Translations under genes and position numbers: made by a program
DNA from: Candidatus Cloacimonadota bacterium
GTDB taxonomy: Bacteria > Cloacimonadota > Cloacimonadia > JGIOTU-2
Reading direction: 5' to 3'
DNA length: 64,000 bases
NCBI GenBank assembly: GCA_049903315.1
Contig: JBNGBT010000003.1
Coordinates: 170,466-234,465 of the forward strand
Notes under the pieces: generated by a model
Told to the model about the DNA's origin: nothing
The model's database searches: none
What the model saw: only the letters and a program-made list of their open reading frames with translations
Part shown: positions 13,691 through 22,517 of the stretch, piece by piece
Numbering within the stretch: position 1 is the first letter of the stretch
Layout: every line of letters begins with the position of its first letter

Positions 13691-15196
13691 TCACTTTATG
13701 AGCACGCACTTTCCTGTATCAGTCGCTACGTTATTAACCTTCAAATTATAGAAATAAATTCCACTCGGAACTTGTTGATCAGCATCATTTTTTCCGTCCC
13801 AGATCATTGAATGTGAACCTGTATCAAAATATGAGGGTAGCATGCTTCTAATCTTTTGCCCTTTGAGATTGAAAATATCTATCAGCACCTGTGCTTGTGT
13901 TGCAAGAGAGAAGGAAATCATCGTGGAGTTAGTGAAAGGATTGGGAACGTTCCCAATAAGATCACAGACAGCTTCTTCAATTTGCGGGTCTTGCGCAACA
14001 CCGATATATATAGGATCAAAATCAACAATCCCGTATGATGGATTATCATTCCCATCGATAATAGTTTCTGCAATCTCGGTATAATTGTCACTATCCCACG
14101 AATTATTTTCTGCTTTCATATCTAAAGGGGATCCATTATACACACTAAAAGTTGTTCCCGTTCCATCAATATTGTCGTGTATATTATTCTCACCATCGTC
14201 ATTCGTACTCAAGTTGCCAAGATCTCCAAGATTAGAAGTTGCATTATTGATGCAGTAGAAGCCACAAAAATTGAAAGCAACTTCATTTTGTACGAAAGTG
14301 CCATTCGTGCCTGATCCATAGAGCATGACCCCCGCACCCGAGTTCGGGTCACCGGCAATAAAATTATTACAAATCTCATTATTCTTATAATAGCCTTGTC
14401 CATTATAGAGATATATTCCCGTGAGATTGAATTCTATGATATTATTTTCGACGTGAGGTGCTACTTCACCATAATTATAAAGATTTGCAAGTGTGATGCC
14501 TTGCTTGTCATTATGGTGAATGTGGTTGTTGGTAATCGTTGGATTGCATTCGCCAGTTGAAGTCTGTATGGCGAGTTGAATTGCAGGCCAATAGGAAGTT
14601 CCCTGCCCGCACGCTTTTATGTCACAGTTATCTACAAGAGCATTTGAATTTTCTGTGATGAGGATTCCGCACTGCTCACACGTGGTTATGAAGGAATGAG
14701 AGATTTCCATATAAGAGGGATTTTCATCACTCATTGCAGAAAAATGTATTGCTTTTCTGTGATTATCGAAGAAACAGTTTTGAATGATAACTTGAGCATT
14801 TACCGAGTGAATTCCATACCCGTTTGTGCCGGCAGTATTTGAAATTCTGCAATAACTAAATGTGCTCTGATTGAGCTCATCCTCAAGACGAATGCCTTCC
14901 CAGGTTGTCGTACCTTGTCCATAAAATTTGATTGAATCAGTTTCGGTTCCCTGTACTGTTATAAATCCTTCAGCAGTAATTCTAAAATTTCCCTGTACTT
15001 CGACAAGTACGCCCGGTTCTATAATGAGAGAGTTTCCGGCAGGAATAGTTATTGCACCAATGACGTAATATGGACTACCTGCCAATGTCCAGGTTCCGGA
15101 TTGATTGCCTGATACATTTGTATTACACATGCCGGTACATGGGATGAGTAAAATTGCTAAGATGCTTATAATAATAATCAGTATTTTTTGTTTCAT
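13691..15196 (-). CDS. Secreted right-handed beta-helix protein with C-terminal FlgD-Ig/T9SS-type domain
   Basis: Signal peptide from MKQKIL (AGGAG RBS); WTLAGSPY, Asn-rich PbH1-like repeats; C-terminal NVPNPFT...WDGKN...SGIYFY. Confidence 0.8.
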   Translation of the reverse strand: MKQKILIIIISILAILLIPCTGMCNTNVSGNQSGTWTLAGSPYYVIGAITIPAGNSLIIEPGVLVEVQGNFRITAEGFITVQGTETDSIKFYGQGTTTWEGIRLEDELNQSTFSYCRISNTAGTNGYGIHSVNAQVIIQNCFFDNHRKAIHFSAMSDENPSYMEISHSFITTCEQCGILITENSNALVDNCDIKACGQGTSYWPAIQLAIQTSTGECNPTITNNHIHHNDKQGITLANLYNYGEVAPHVENNIIEFNLTGIYLYNGQGYYKNNEICNNFIAGDPNSGAGVMLYGSGTNGTFVQNEVAFNFCGFYCINNATSNLGDLGNLSTNDDGENNIHDNIDGTGTTFSVYNGSPLDMKAENNSWDSDNYTEIAETIIDGNDNPSYGIVDFDPIYIGVAQDPQIEEAVCDLIGNVPNPFTNSTMISFSLATQAQVLIDIFNLKGQKIRSMLPSYFDTGSHSMIWDGKNDADQQVPSGIYFYNLKVNNVATDTGKCVLIK

Positions 15197-15355
15197 ATTG
15201 CTCCTGCCTGTATAGTTGTTTGCGAGGTTTGTAATTCTCTTAAAAAAATATGTCAAGGTAAAACTTATATCAGAAAATAACTCCAATTCGAGATTGTATT
15301 GGCTTGGAAATTATCGCGATACGAAGAATGAAATCAAAAAAGCTGAGAGGATATA

Positions 15356-17989
15356 TTACGTATCTTCCTCTTTTGGGATCGGCAAATTCTCAGTTTCACA
15401 AATCTCTTTTAGTCTGGAAAACGACCATTCAGCCTGATAATTGAAGAAATAGCCATATGGTTTTTGGAGTATATCAATCAAATCCCGGGTATTAGTATCA
15501 GTATTTTTCTGGCTGTATGATTTAATTTTTTTTAAATCCTTGTCGGAAAGTTTCAGCGTGATAAAAGTCAAAACATTACCCAGTTTTAGTTTGATATGTC
15601 CTAAACCGTCTTCGAGGATTTTTTTTCGAGCCCTGTTCACCTCTCTTTCGCCCACCTTATTTAAGACATTTGTATATTTTTCAAAAAGAATGTATTCATT
15701 CAGCATCTCTAAAATCAAATCATCGGAGAACGCGTTCCAGAATGCAACAGAGTGCTGCTGGCAGAGGAATCTGCCCAGCATGAATGAACCTGCCGTGTAA
15801 CCCTGTAAATTTTTCTTTCTGCAAACTGGAATGATCAACTTGAAAAGTGTGACCTTTCTATCCAAAGATAGAAGTTGATAGAGTTTGTGTTGATCTTGAT
15901 GGCTTCCTAGTTCGCTTTGTAAGAGTTCCTCAATGTAAAAATCTGTATTGGAATCAAACCAGGAGTTCATGAGTTTTTTTGCTTTTTGGGGATCTTTCTG
16001 CAGGTTGTTTCTTACCAATTTTATCAATTCATCAAGTTTTACAATATGATCTACCTGCATATTTTCTATGAGTTGATCGTACACCTTGAATGCTTTCGCC
16101 ATATTCTCGAATACTGTTCTTTCCTTCTTCTCCATTTCCAGTTTTTCGCCGTTCAAATATCTTTGGAATCGAGCCGGCTTATAATCTGCTTGTCCACAAA
16201 AAATGGTCTGTCTTTTACTGGAAATCGTAATTTGATCTCCCTCTGAGATTGTCATACCGTTTTCATTTACAAGATGATTTCCTTTTAGGGTAACACCAAA
16301 TTTTTCCAGATTTAGAAAAGCGGGAACTCCATAACTCCGGCAGGCAGTGACGACATGGATTGCAGCAGGGGTCAGGCTTACTATTGCATCAACCTCTGCC
16401 ATAACCAGAGTGTCAGACGGAACGAAGCTTTCTCTGCATATGCAGACTTTTTCTCCTCGCTTTTTTGCTTCCATGGCAGCGGCTGCTGAAAAATATGCTT
16501 TTGCAGAAACTGCTGTTCTGGGCAAAATTGATACACCTTTGCAGAAAAATTTCAATGTTTTGAATGATCTGTCATCGATTCTGTCTGAAAATATTTGTGT
16601 AAGATGATAGGGCTTGATCAACTCTATTACACGCTCGGCATCAATGACCTTTTTTTGGTAGAGATCAATTGCAGAAAGAAGAGTCGCTCTTCCAGTCAAC
16701 TCGGAAGTGTTTAGCTGTAATACTGCAAAAAGATATGCATCATCATAAGATTCCGCAGCAAATTCTACTGTCACCGGGGACTTTAATTTTTTCTCCAATT
16801 CCCGGAGTAGTGGCTCAAAATGATACACTGCCGGATACATATTTTTAATAGATTCGCGATTAAAAAACTCATGATCATTCGTTTCGATGAGTCCGGTCAT
16901 GATCTCTTCACCAAAAATATTCGGTAGACTCTCTACTTGAATACCTAAACCAGTTCGGGCGTGACGGCTGTATAAAACGCCAGGATAAGATTCGTCTCCC
17001 CGTACAGTCCATACCATTTTTTGCAAAATAATTGATGGGAATTTCTCACCTTTTCTTACAAATGTATGAAGTAAATCCTGATTTTTCTCAAAGTATTCAT
17101 AAGCCCTTCGCAAGAAAAAACAGACCTGATAAAAGGCATCATGTAAAAGCCGTTCGTCTTGAACAGAAATGCGCTTGTAGTGATAGTCGATCTCCTCATC
17201 GATACGATCCACTTCGATATTTTGCTCTGTCTCATATCCTCCAAAGAGGTTCAGTTCGAGGGTTCGCAGATTACTCAGATATATTTTTTTTGCAACAGTT
17301 TTTCCTAAAATTTTACTGAGAACCGGAAAATTTTTGCTGGTCACACCCACATTTAAAAAGGTGGGCATCAAGCCGGGGATATACGAGGGCATCGCAGAGC
17401 GCATTGCAATGATAAGAGGTTTGTCTTCCGAACCAAACTTCTGGGCAGACATCTGCTCCAGATTTTTTATAGCTTTATAAATATTTGCCTTTCTTTCTTC
17501 CTGTGATAGAAAGTAATTGTTGGAAGTAAGTATGCAAAAATCCGGTACAGGATAACCCTCTTGAATAATATCCAGTAACTTAGTGCCCTTATGACTTATC
17601 AAATCTACATCAAACATATTTTGCGTGCAAGAAGGCACTATTGATTCATTTTCCACAAAATTTAAATTTTGAAATTCTCTTTGTCTCTCTGCGATAAAAT
17701 CATGAATTTGGTTTGTTAACCTTTTGGCAGCTTCCACATCCTGACGCGAGGAAAGAATATTTTCAAGAATATCATGTCTTGCAGGAGCTGGATTCATGCA
17801 AAGATACACGCTTTCGCAATCAGTCAGGACGAGTGAGCCCGATTCGCCTCCCATAAGTTGATAATCCATTTCCACTGGCAAATAACCAGGGAGATAGCAT
17901 TTATCCTTATCAATATCTCCATTTAAGAATTGTTGTACCACATTGAAATTAAGATAATTTCCTCTAAATTTGAATGCCTTTAACACCAT
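15356..17989 (-). CDS. PPDK-like protein: nucleotide-binding domain plus phospho-His domain, with unknown N- and C-terminal domains
   Basis: HKGTKL..GYPVPDF, AMRSAMPSYIPGLMPTFLNVG, LQKMV..GVLYSRHARTG, FGEEIMTG and PAAIHVVTACR align by eye to PPDK. No PEP-binding barrel motifs follow. Confidence 0.75.
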   Translation of the reverse strand: MVLKAFKFRGNYLNFNVVQQFLNGDIDKDKCYLPGYLPVEMDYQLMGGESGSLVLTDCESVYLCMNPAPARHDILENILSSRQDVEAAKRLTNQIHDFIAERQREFQNLNFVENESIVPSCTQNMFDVDLISHKGTKLLDIIQEGYPVPDFCILTSNNYFLSQEERKANIYKAIKNLEQMSAQKFGSEDKPLIIAMRSAMPSYIPGLMPTFLNVGVTSKNFPVLSKILGKTVAKKIYLSNLRTLELNLFGGYETEQNIEVDRIDEEIDYHYKRISVQDERLLHDAFYQVCFFLRRAYEYFEKNQDLLHTFVRKGEKFPSIILQKMVWTVRGDESYPGVLYSRHARTGLGIQVESLPNIFGEEIMTGLIETNDHEFFNRESIKNMYPAVYHFEPLLRELEKKLKSPVTVEFAAESYDDAYLFAVLQLNTSELTGRATLLSAIDLYQKKVIDAERVIELIKPYHLTQIFSDRIDDRSFKTLKFFCKGVSILPRTAVSAKAYFSAAAAMEAKKRGEKVCICRESFVPSDTLVMAEVDAIVSLTPAAIHVVTACRSYGVPAFLNLEKFGVTLKGNHLVNENGMTISEGDQITISSKRQTIFCGQADYKPARFQRYLNGEKLEMEKKERTVFENMAKAFKVYDQLIENMQVDHIVKLDELIKLVRNNLQKDPQKAKKLMNSWFDSNTDFYIEELLQSELGSHQDQHKLYQLLSLDRKVTLFKLIIPVCRKKNLQGYTAGSFMLGRFLCQQHSVAFWNAFSDDLILEMLNEYILFEKYTNVLNKVGEREVNRARKKILEDGLGHIKLKLGNVLTFITLKLSDKDLKKIKSYSQKNTDTNTRDLIDILQKPYGYFFNYQAEWSFSRLKEICETENLPIPKEEDT

Positions 17990-18131
17990 ACTCCTCTTTG
18001 AACTATTACACTAAATATTGTGCAAGATTATCATCTATAAAATTTATTTCATGCAAAGACCGGTGTTGGATGGATGAACGGATTAATGAAATTTCATCAG
18101 TATATTGAGGGTAGGTCTTGTTCACGATTTA

Positions 18132-20777
18132 TTAGAAAATGATCGTATATGATGTTCCATTTTTCTGATTTAATTTTAATGTTCCATTCAGCTGGGAAAT
18201 AAGATCCTGAATAAGCTGGAGCCCGAGTGAAGATTGACCGGCATTCTTAAGATCTTCAGTAAATCCTACTCCATCATCTCTAATTATGAGCTTATTTTTT
18301 CCTGCCTTGGTTTTTTTCATAGAGATGTACACTGTTCCTGTTTTGTCATCTGGAAATGCGTGTTTGAAAATATTGGTAAGTATTTCATTGCAGAGGAGTC
18401 CGCACGGAACCGCCTGGTTGAGATCGAGAGTAATAGGCTCTGCATCAATCTCAAAATTGATCTTGCTTTGCGGCATTCCCGTTGAACTAAACAGCGTATT
18501 GAATAATTCTTTTATATAATCTGCGAAATTGATATCGATGAAATTCTCCGACTCATACAGCTTTTCATGTATGATTGCCATTGAACGTATCCTGTTCTCC
18601 ACAATTTTAAACTTATCCACTATTGCTTCATCTTCGATATAAAGTGATTGTAAATGCAAGAGGCTGATGATGATCTGCATATTGTTTTTTACACGGTGAT
18701 GGATCTCTTGCAGCATAACAACTTTTTCTTTCAAAGAATTTTCGACTTCGCGTTGGGAATTTTTTATGTCCGAAATATCCGCAAAAACCCCAAATGAGCC
18801 TACGTATTCATCATTTTCAAAAAGCGGTGTCGCATTGATAAGCAAGGATTTTATTTCCTCATTATAGGTCTGGCATCGAATTTCGAATCTGTCCTGTTTG
18901 CCCTCCTTTCTTCTCTGGGTCTGAAACAGGAGTTGCTCCAAATCCTCTTTCAATATGACATTTTTTAGATTTGTACCTTTAAGGTCTTCGAAAGGTATGT
19001 CAAAAATAACTCCTGCTGCTTGATTTGCAAAAACGATATTCTCATCTTCATCCACAAGCATAATACCTTCTTGCATTGTCTCGATGAGGTTTCTGTATTT
19101 TTCTTCGCTTTTCTGGAGCGCATTGAATATCTCTTTCTGTTCAGTACTATCTCGCTTGATCGCAACATAAAAGATGACGTTCCTGTCATGGTCCATAATT
19201 GGGAATGCTGAAATATCTATATAGAGATCTCGTCCGGCAGAGGTTTTCATATACGTCTCTGCACGGTAGAATTCATATTCGAGAAGCGCATCTCTCATTT
19301 CATTAAAATTTTCTTCACCCATATATACTGCAGGAGTTTCATCTTTAAGAGCTTCATTTGAATAGCCGAACAATTTTCTGTGAGAGGGGTTCTGTTCATA
19401 GAACGTAAAATCGGGTTTGATTATTTCGATGCTGTCAGTCGAGTAGTAAAAAACTTCTTTGAATAGTTGCAGGTTTTCTTCTGCTTTTGTTCTTTCATCG
19501 ATGAGTTTATTGGCAGATTCTGCGATCGCCTGAAATTCGGAAAAATGTACAGTGTCGGGCTGTATTTGTACATTTTCATTTTCTGCTTTTTGAAAGAATG
19601 CTACAAATGTTTTGAAATTATTCTTTAATTTTGCGGAGATATAAATAGAGGTATTTGCGATAATGACAACGATAAGAGCGAGAAGACCTATCACTTTTAG
19701 TATATGATTATTAATGCGTTCCCTTAATACGGTTTTTTCTTGAGCGATCAAGAATTCAATATCATCAAGATATACTCCTGCACCGATGATCCATTTCCAT
19801 TCCGGCAAACCTTCAATGTATGAAATTTTAGGATGAGATTCATTGTCGTCGATTTTATTCCAACTATACTCTATAAAACCACTTCCCTGTTCCTCAACAA
19901 TTTTCCGTTCATCCTGGATAATTTTCATACCCTCACTATCGGTCAGGTTCCAGATATTCTCAGTTCCAAGTGTGATCGTGCCATTTGAAAAAAGAGGATC
20001 ACCGTCGTAGGTAACTCCAAATATGTACCCATTTTCGCCAAACCGGACATTTGCCAGGCGTTCTATTGTAGAATATTTCAATTCTTCAATATAGCTTTCA
20101 TAATAATCACCAAGTGCGATTATCCAGTCATAAGGTTCAAAATATTTGACGTATGTCAGTTTAAGATAAGGTTTTTTTGAAGGATCATTTGGGATTGGAC
20201 GATAATACTCTATAAATCCTTCTCCCTGACTTTTTGCTTTTTTAATGTATTCGCGAACAAAATAAAAACCATTCACATCCCTTTGCTCCAATCGGTTATT
20301 GCCCTCTTCGGATTCAATAGGATTGTTGTTTTTATCAGATTGAAGGAGAAGTGCAGTTCCATCACCAGCTGTCACCGAATAATATCCTCGACCATAATTT
20401 TGTTTAAGAGGACGCAATACCGAGAGTATAAGTTTTTTAAGCTCCTGCTCCGGCATGGAATATCTGTTTTCATAATAGAGGTGTTCTACGATATCATAAC
20501 CCTGATAAAGCTGGGATCGTACCCGATTTCTTAAATCTTCACTGGCTTTATTGATACTTAACGTAATAAATTCAATTGAGTTTTGGACCTCATATTTTAT
20601 AATTTGTTTGTTCTTTTCAATAAATTGTTCGCGGATATCATGTGTTGATTGATTGAACTGTATGTATTCCTGGGAAATAAGGAAATATCCAAGCATTGCT
20701 ATAGAAATGGTCGTAACCAGCAGCATGCTTATAATAAATAGTCTGGATACACTTCGAGCTTTTTTCTTCATATTCAA
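18132..20777 (-). CDS. Membrane sensor histidine kinase (2x Cache, 2x PAS, HisKA_2/HATPase)
   Basis: Two TMs flanking Cache repeats; PAS domains; H-box EIHHRVKNNMQ, N-box NEILTNIFKHAF, DDGVG, SLGLQLI. Confidence 0.92.
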   Translation of the reverse strand: MNMKKKARSVSRLFIISMLLVTTISIAMLGYFLISQEYIQFNQSTHDIREQFIEKNKQIIKYEVQNSIEFITLSINKASEDLRNRVRSQLYQGYDIVEHLYYENRYSMPEQELKKLILSVLRPLKQNYGRGYYSVTAGDGTALLLQSDKNNNPIESEEGNNRLEQRDVNGFYFVREYIKKAKSQGEGFIEYYRPIPNDPSKKPYLKLTYVKYFEPYDWIIALGDYYESYIEELKYSTIERLANVRFGENGYIFGVTYDGDPLFSNGTITLGTENIWNLTDSEGMKIIQDERKIVEEQGSGFIEYSWNKIDDNESHPKISYIEGLPEWKWIIGAGVYLDDIEFLIAQEKTVLRERINNHILKVIGLLALIVVIIANTSIYISAKLKNNFKTFVAFFQKAENENVQIQPDTVHFSEFQAIAESANKLIDERTKAEENLQLFKEVFYYSTDSIEIIKPDFTFYEQNPSHRKLFGYSNEALKDETPAVYMGEENFNEMRDALLEYEFYRAETYMKTSAGRDLYIDISAFPIMDHDRNVIFYVAIKRDSTEQKEIFNALQKSEEKYRNLIETMQEGIMLVDEDENIVFANQAAGVIFDIPFEDLKGTNLKNVILKEDLEQLLFQTQRRKEGKQDRFEIRCQTYNEEIKSLLINATPLFENDEYVGSFGVFADISDIKNSQREVENSLKEKVVMLQEIHHRVKNNMQIIISLLHLQSLYIEDEAIVDKFKIVENRIRSMAIIHEKLYESENFIDINFADYIKELFNTLFSSTGMPQSKINFEIDAEPITLDLNQAVPCGLLCNEILTNIFKHAFPDDKTGTVYISMKKTKAGKNKLIIRDDGVGFTEDLKNAGQSSLGLQLIQDLISQLNGTLKLNQKNGTSYTIIF

Positions 20778-20783
20778 TATATT

Positions 20784-22499
20784 TTAGTGTTCAAAATGAA
20801 TAGTGAGAACAATCTTGTTTTTCTCTTTTTTGGAAGAGGTAGCATCAGCATCTTTTTTGATAAGGTAGCCGGCAAGTTCAGTAGCAGCGCTATCCTCTGT
20901 CATCAAACTTTCTTTTGAAGGTTTCCTTTCTGGGAAGACTAAAATCTTGCCCTGATATTCTATAGTAATGTCCAGGTTAAACTCATCAAAACTCACCTGC
21001 ATACTAATTTCCTTTGAGGTTAATCCAAGATTTGGTGTACTCTCCATAAACTCATTCATTACGGTTATTGCTTTATAAATGATACTTGGACGCGCACCCC
21101 ATGAACCCCCAGCTTTTTGCATAAATTTATAAATCTTGTCAGATGATTCCTGTCCAGCGGCAAGCATGAGTGTTAATTTCTTCTTTACGCCAATTCTCAT
21201 GAGGAGATTGAGCACAACTGCGGTCACAGCTCCTAAAGATAAAGAGGATTGAAAAATAGGTTTGAGCCATGAATGAATGTTTACATAAGCAATAGGGATC
21301 ATGTCAGCGCTGAGCCCGAAAATGAGAGCGATACCAACCACAAAGATCTTTCGGGAATCAAGCATTCTACTCATGATTATTTGAAAACCTGAGATTATCA
21401 TGAAGCTTATTGCATAGATAAGTGTTGCACCCATAACGGGTTTGGGCATTATGATAAATATGTTCGCAAGTTTTGGAAAGAATCCGAGAAATATAAGAAT
21501 GCCGCCTGCGCTGTATGCAATTGTTCTACTCGTTGCTCCGGTAGCAATGGAAAGTCCGACGTTCGTCGAAGAAGTGGACTGGCCAAAACCTCCGAATATT
21601 CCCGGAATAATACCTCCCAGACCATCAGCAAGAATTCCTTTTGAGATGGATTTCATTTCAGGACGTTTCCAATTTGCATCATTAATTTTCTGACACGTGG
21701 TAAGATCACCTACTGTTTTCAGTGCCGAGCAAAGTGCTGCAATGACAAATGGTACGAGTAACCTGGCGTCAAAAGCCCATGATAGACTTTTAAGATAGGG
21801 GGCATCAATAATCCTGGAATGCATTATTTTGTGAAAATCTGCTTCTGTGAACAAGCCGAATATATAGGCAAGTATATAACCTGAAATCATTCCTATCAGA
21901 CAGCTATAAAGGCGAAGTTTTCCTTTGCCGAAAACATTCAATCCTATCATTAAAAGGAGGACAGAAATTCCTACAATCAATTCCGAAGATGTGATAATAG
22001 TATCTGTATCACTCAATCCGACAAAGCTTTTTATCGAAATGGGAATGATCGTGATACCGACCATTGCCACGATAGTTCCTGTTACTTCGGATGGGAACAG
22101 AACTCTGAGCTTGTGCATGAATCTTGAAAAGATGGATTCTGCGACTCCAACAAAAGCAGTCATCCCAAACAGAACAGGTAAACCGCCACCCGATATTGCC
22201 ATGAACGATGCCTGCAGATAGGAAGGACCGCACACAGATGGACACAGATAGCCTGAGCCAACAGGTCCTTTTTTTAGCGCTTGGAGAATTGTCACAATAC
22301 CACTGGAGATCATTGTGATGCTTATAAAACCACTGGCTGTGCGCGGATCGATATTTGTTCCAAAATAATTTACAATCATCACAGGGAATATCATCGCGAT
22401 GAAAATAACAAAAACGTGCTGCAATCCGAGAAAGAATGTGACCGAAAGTGGCGGTTTGTCATTCACGCCATAAATTAGGTTGGCTGGTTTTTGTATCAT
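20784..22499 (-). CDS. NCS2 (xanthine/uracil permease) family protein with a ~135 aa cytoplasmic C-terminal extension
   Basis: LIYGVNDKPP, GLQH, LFPSEVTG, GILADG, NVGLSIATG, MPKPVMGA; hydrophilic tail after about aa 437. Confidence 0.85.
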   Translation of the reverse strand: MIQKPANLIYGVNDKPPLSVTFFLGLQHVFVIFIAMIFPVMIVNYFGTNIDPRTASGFISITMISSGIVTILQALKKGPVGSGYLCPSVCGPSYLQASFMAISGGGLPVLFGMTAFVGVAESIFSRFMHKLRVLFPSEVTGTIVAMVGITIIPISIKSFVGLSDTDTIITSSELIVGISVLLLMIGLNVFGKGKLRLYSCLIGMISGYILAYIFGLFTEADFHKIMHSRIIDAPYLKSLSWAFDARLLVPFVIAALCSALKTVGDLTTCQKINDANWKRPEMKSISKGILADGLGGIIPGIFGGFGQSTSSTNVGLSIATGATSRTIAYSAGGILIFLGFFPKLANIFIIMPKPVMGATLIYAISFMIISGFQIIMSRMLDSRKIFVVGIALIFGLSADMIPIAYVNIHSWLKPIFQSSLSLGAVTAVVLNLLMRIGVKKKLTLMLAAGQESSDKIYKFMQKAGGSWGARPSIIYKAITVMNEFMESTPNLGLTSKEISMQVSFDEFNLDITIEYQGKILVFPERKPSKESLMTEDSAATELAGYLIKKDADATSSKKEKNKIVLTIHFEH

Positions 22500-22517
22500 A
22501 TTTTTATTTTTCCTCGA

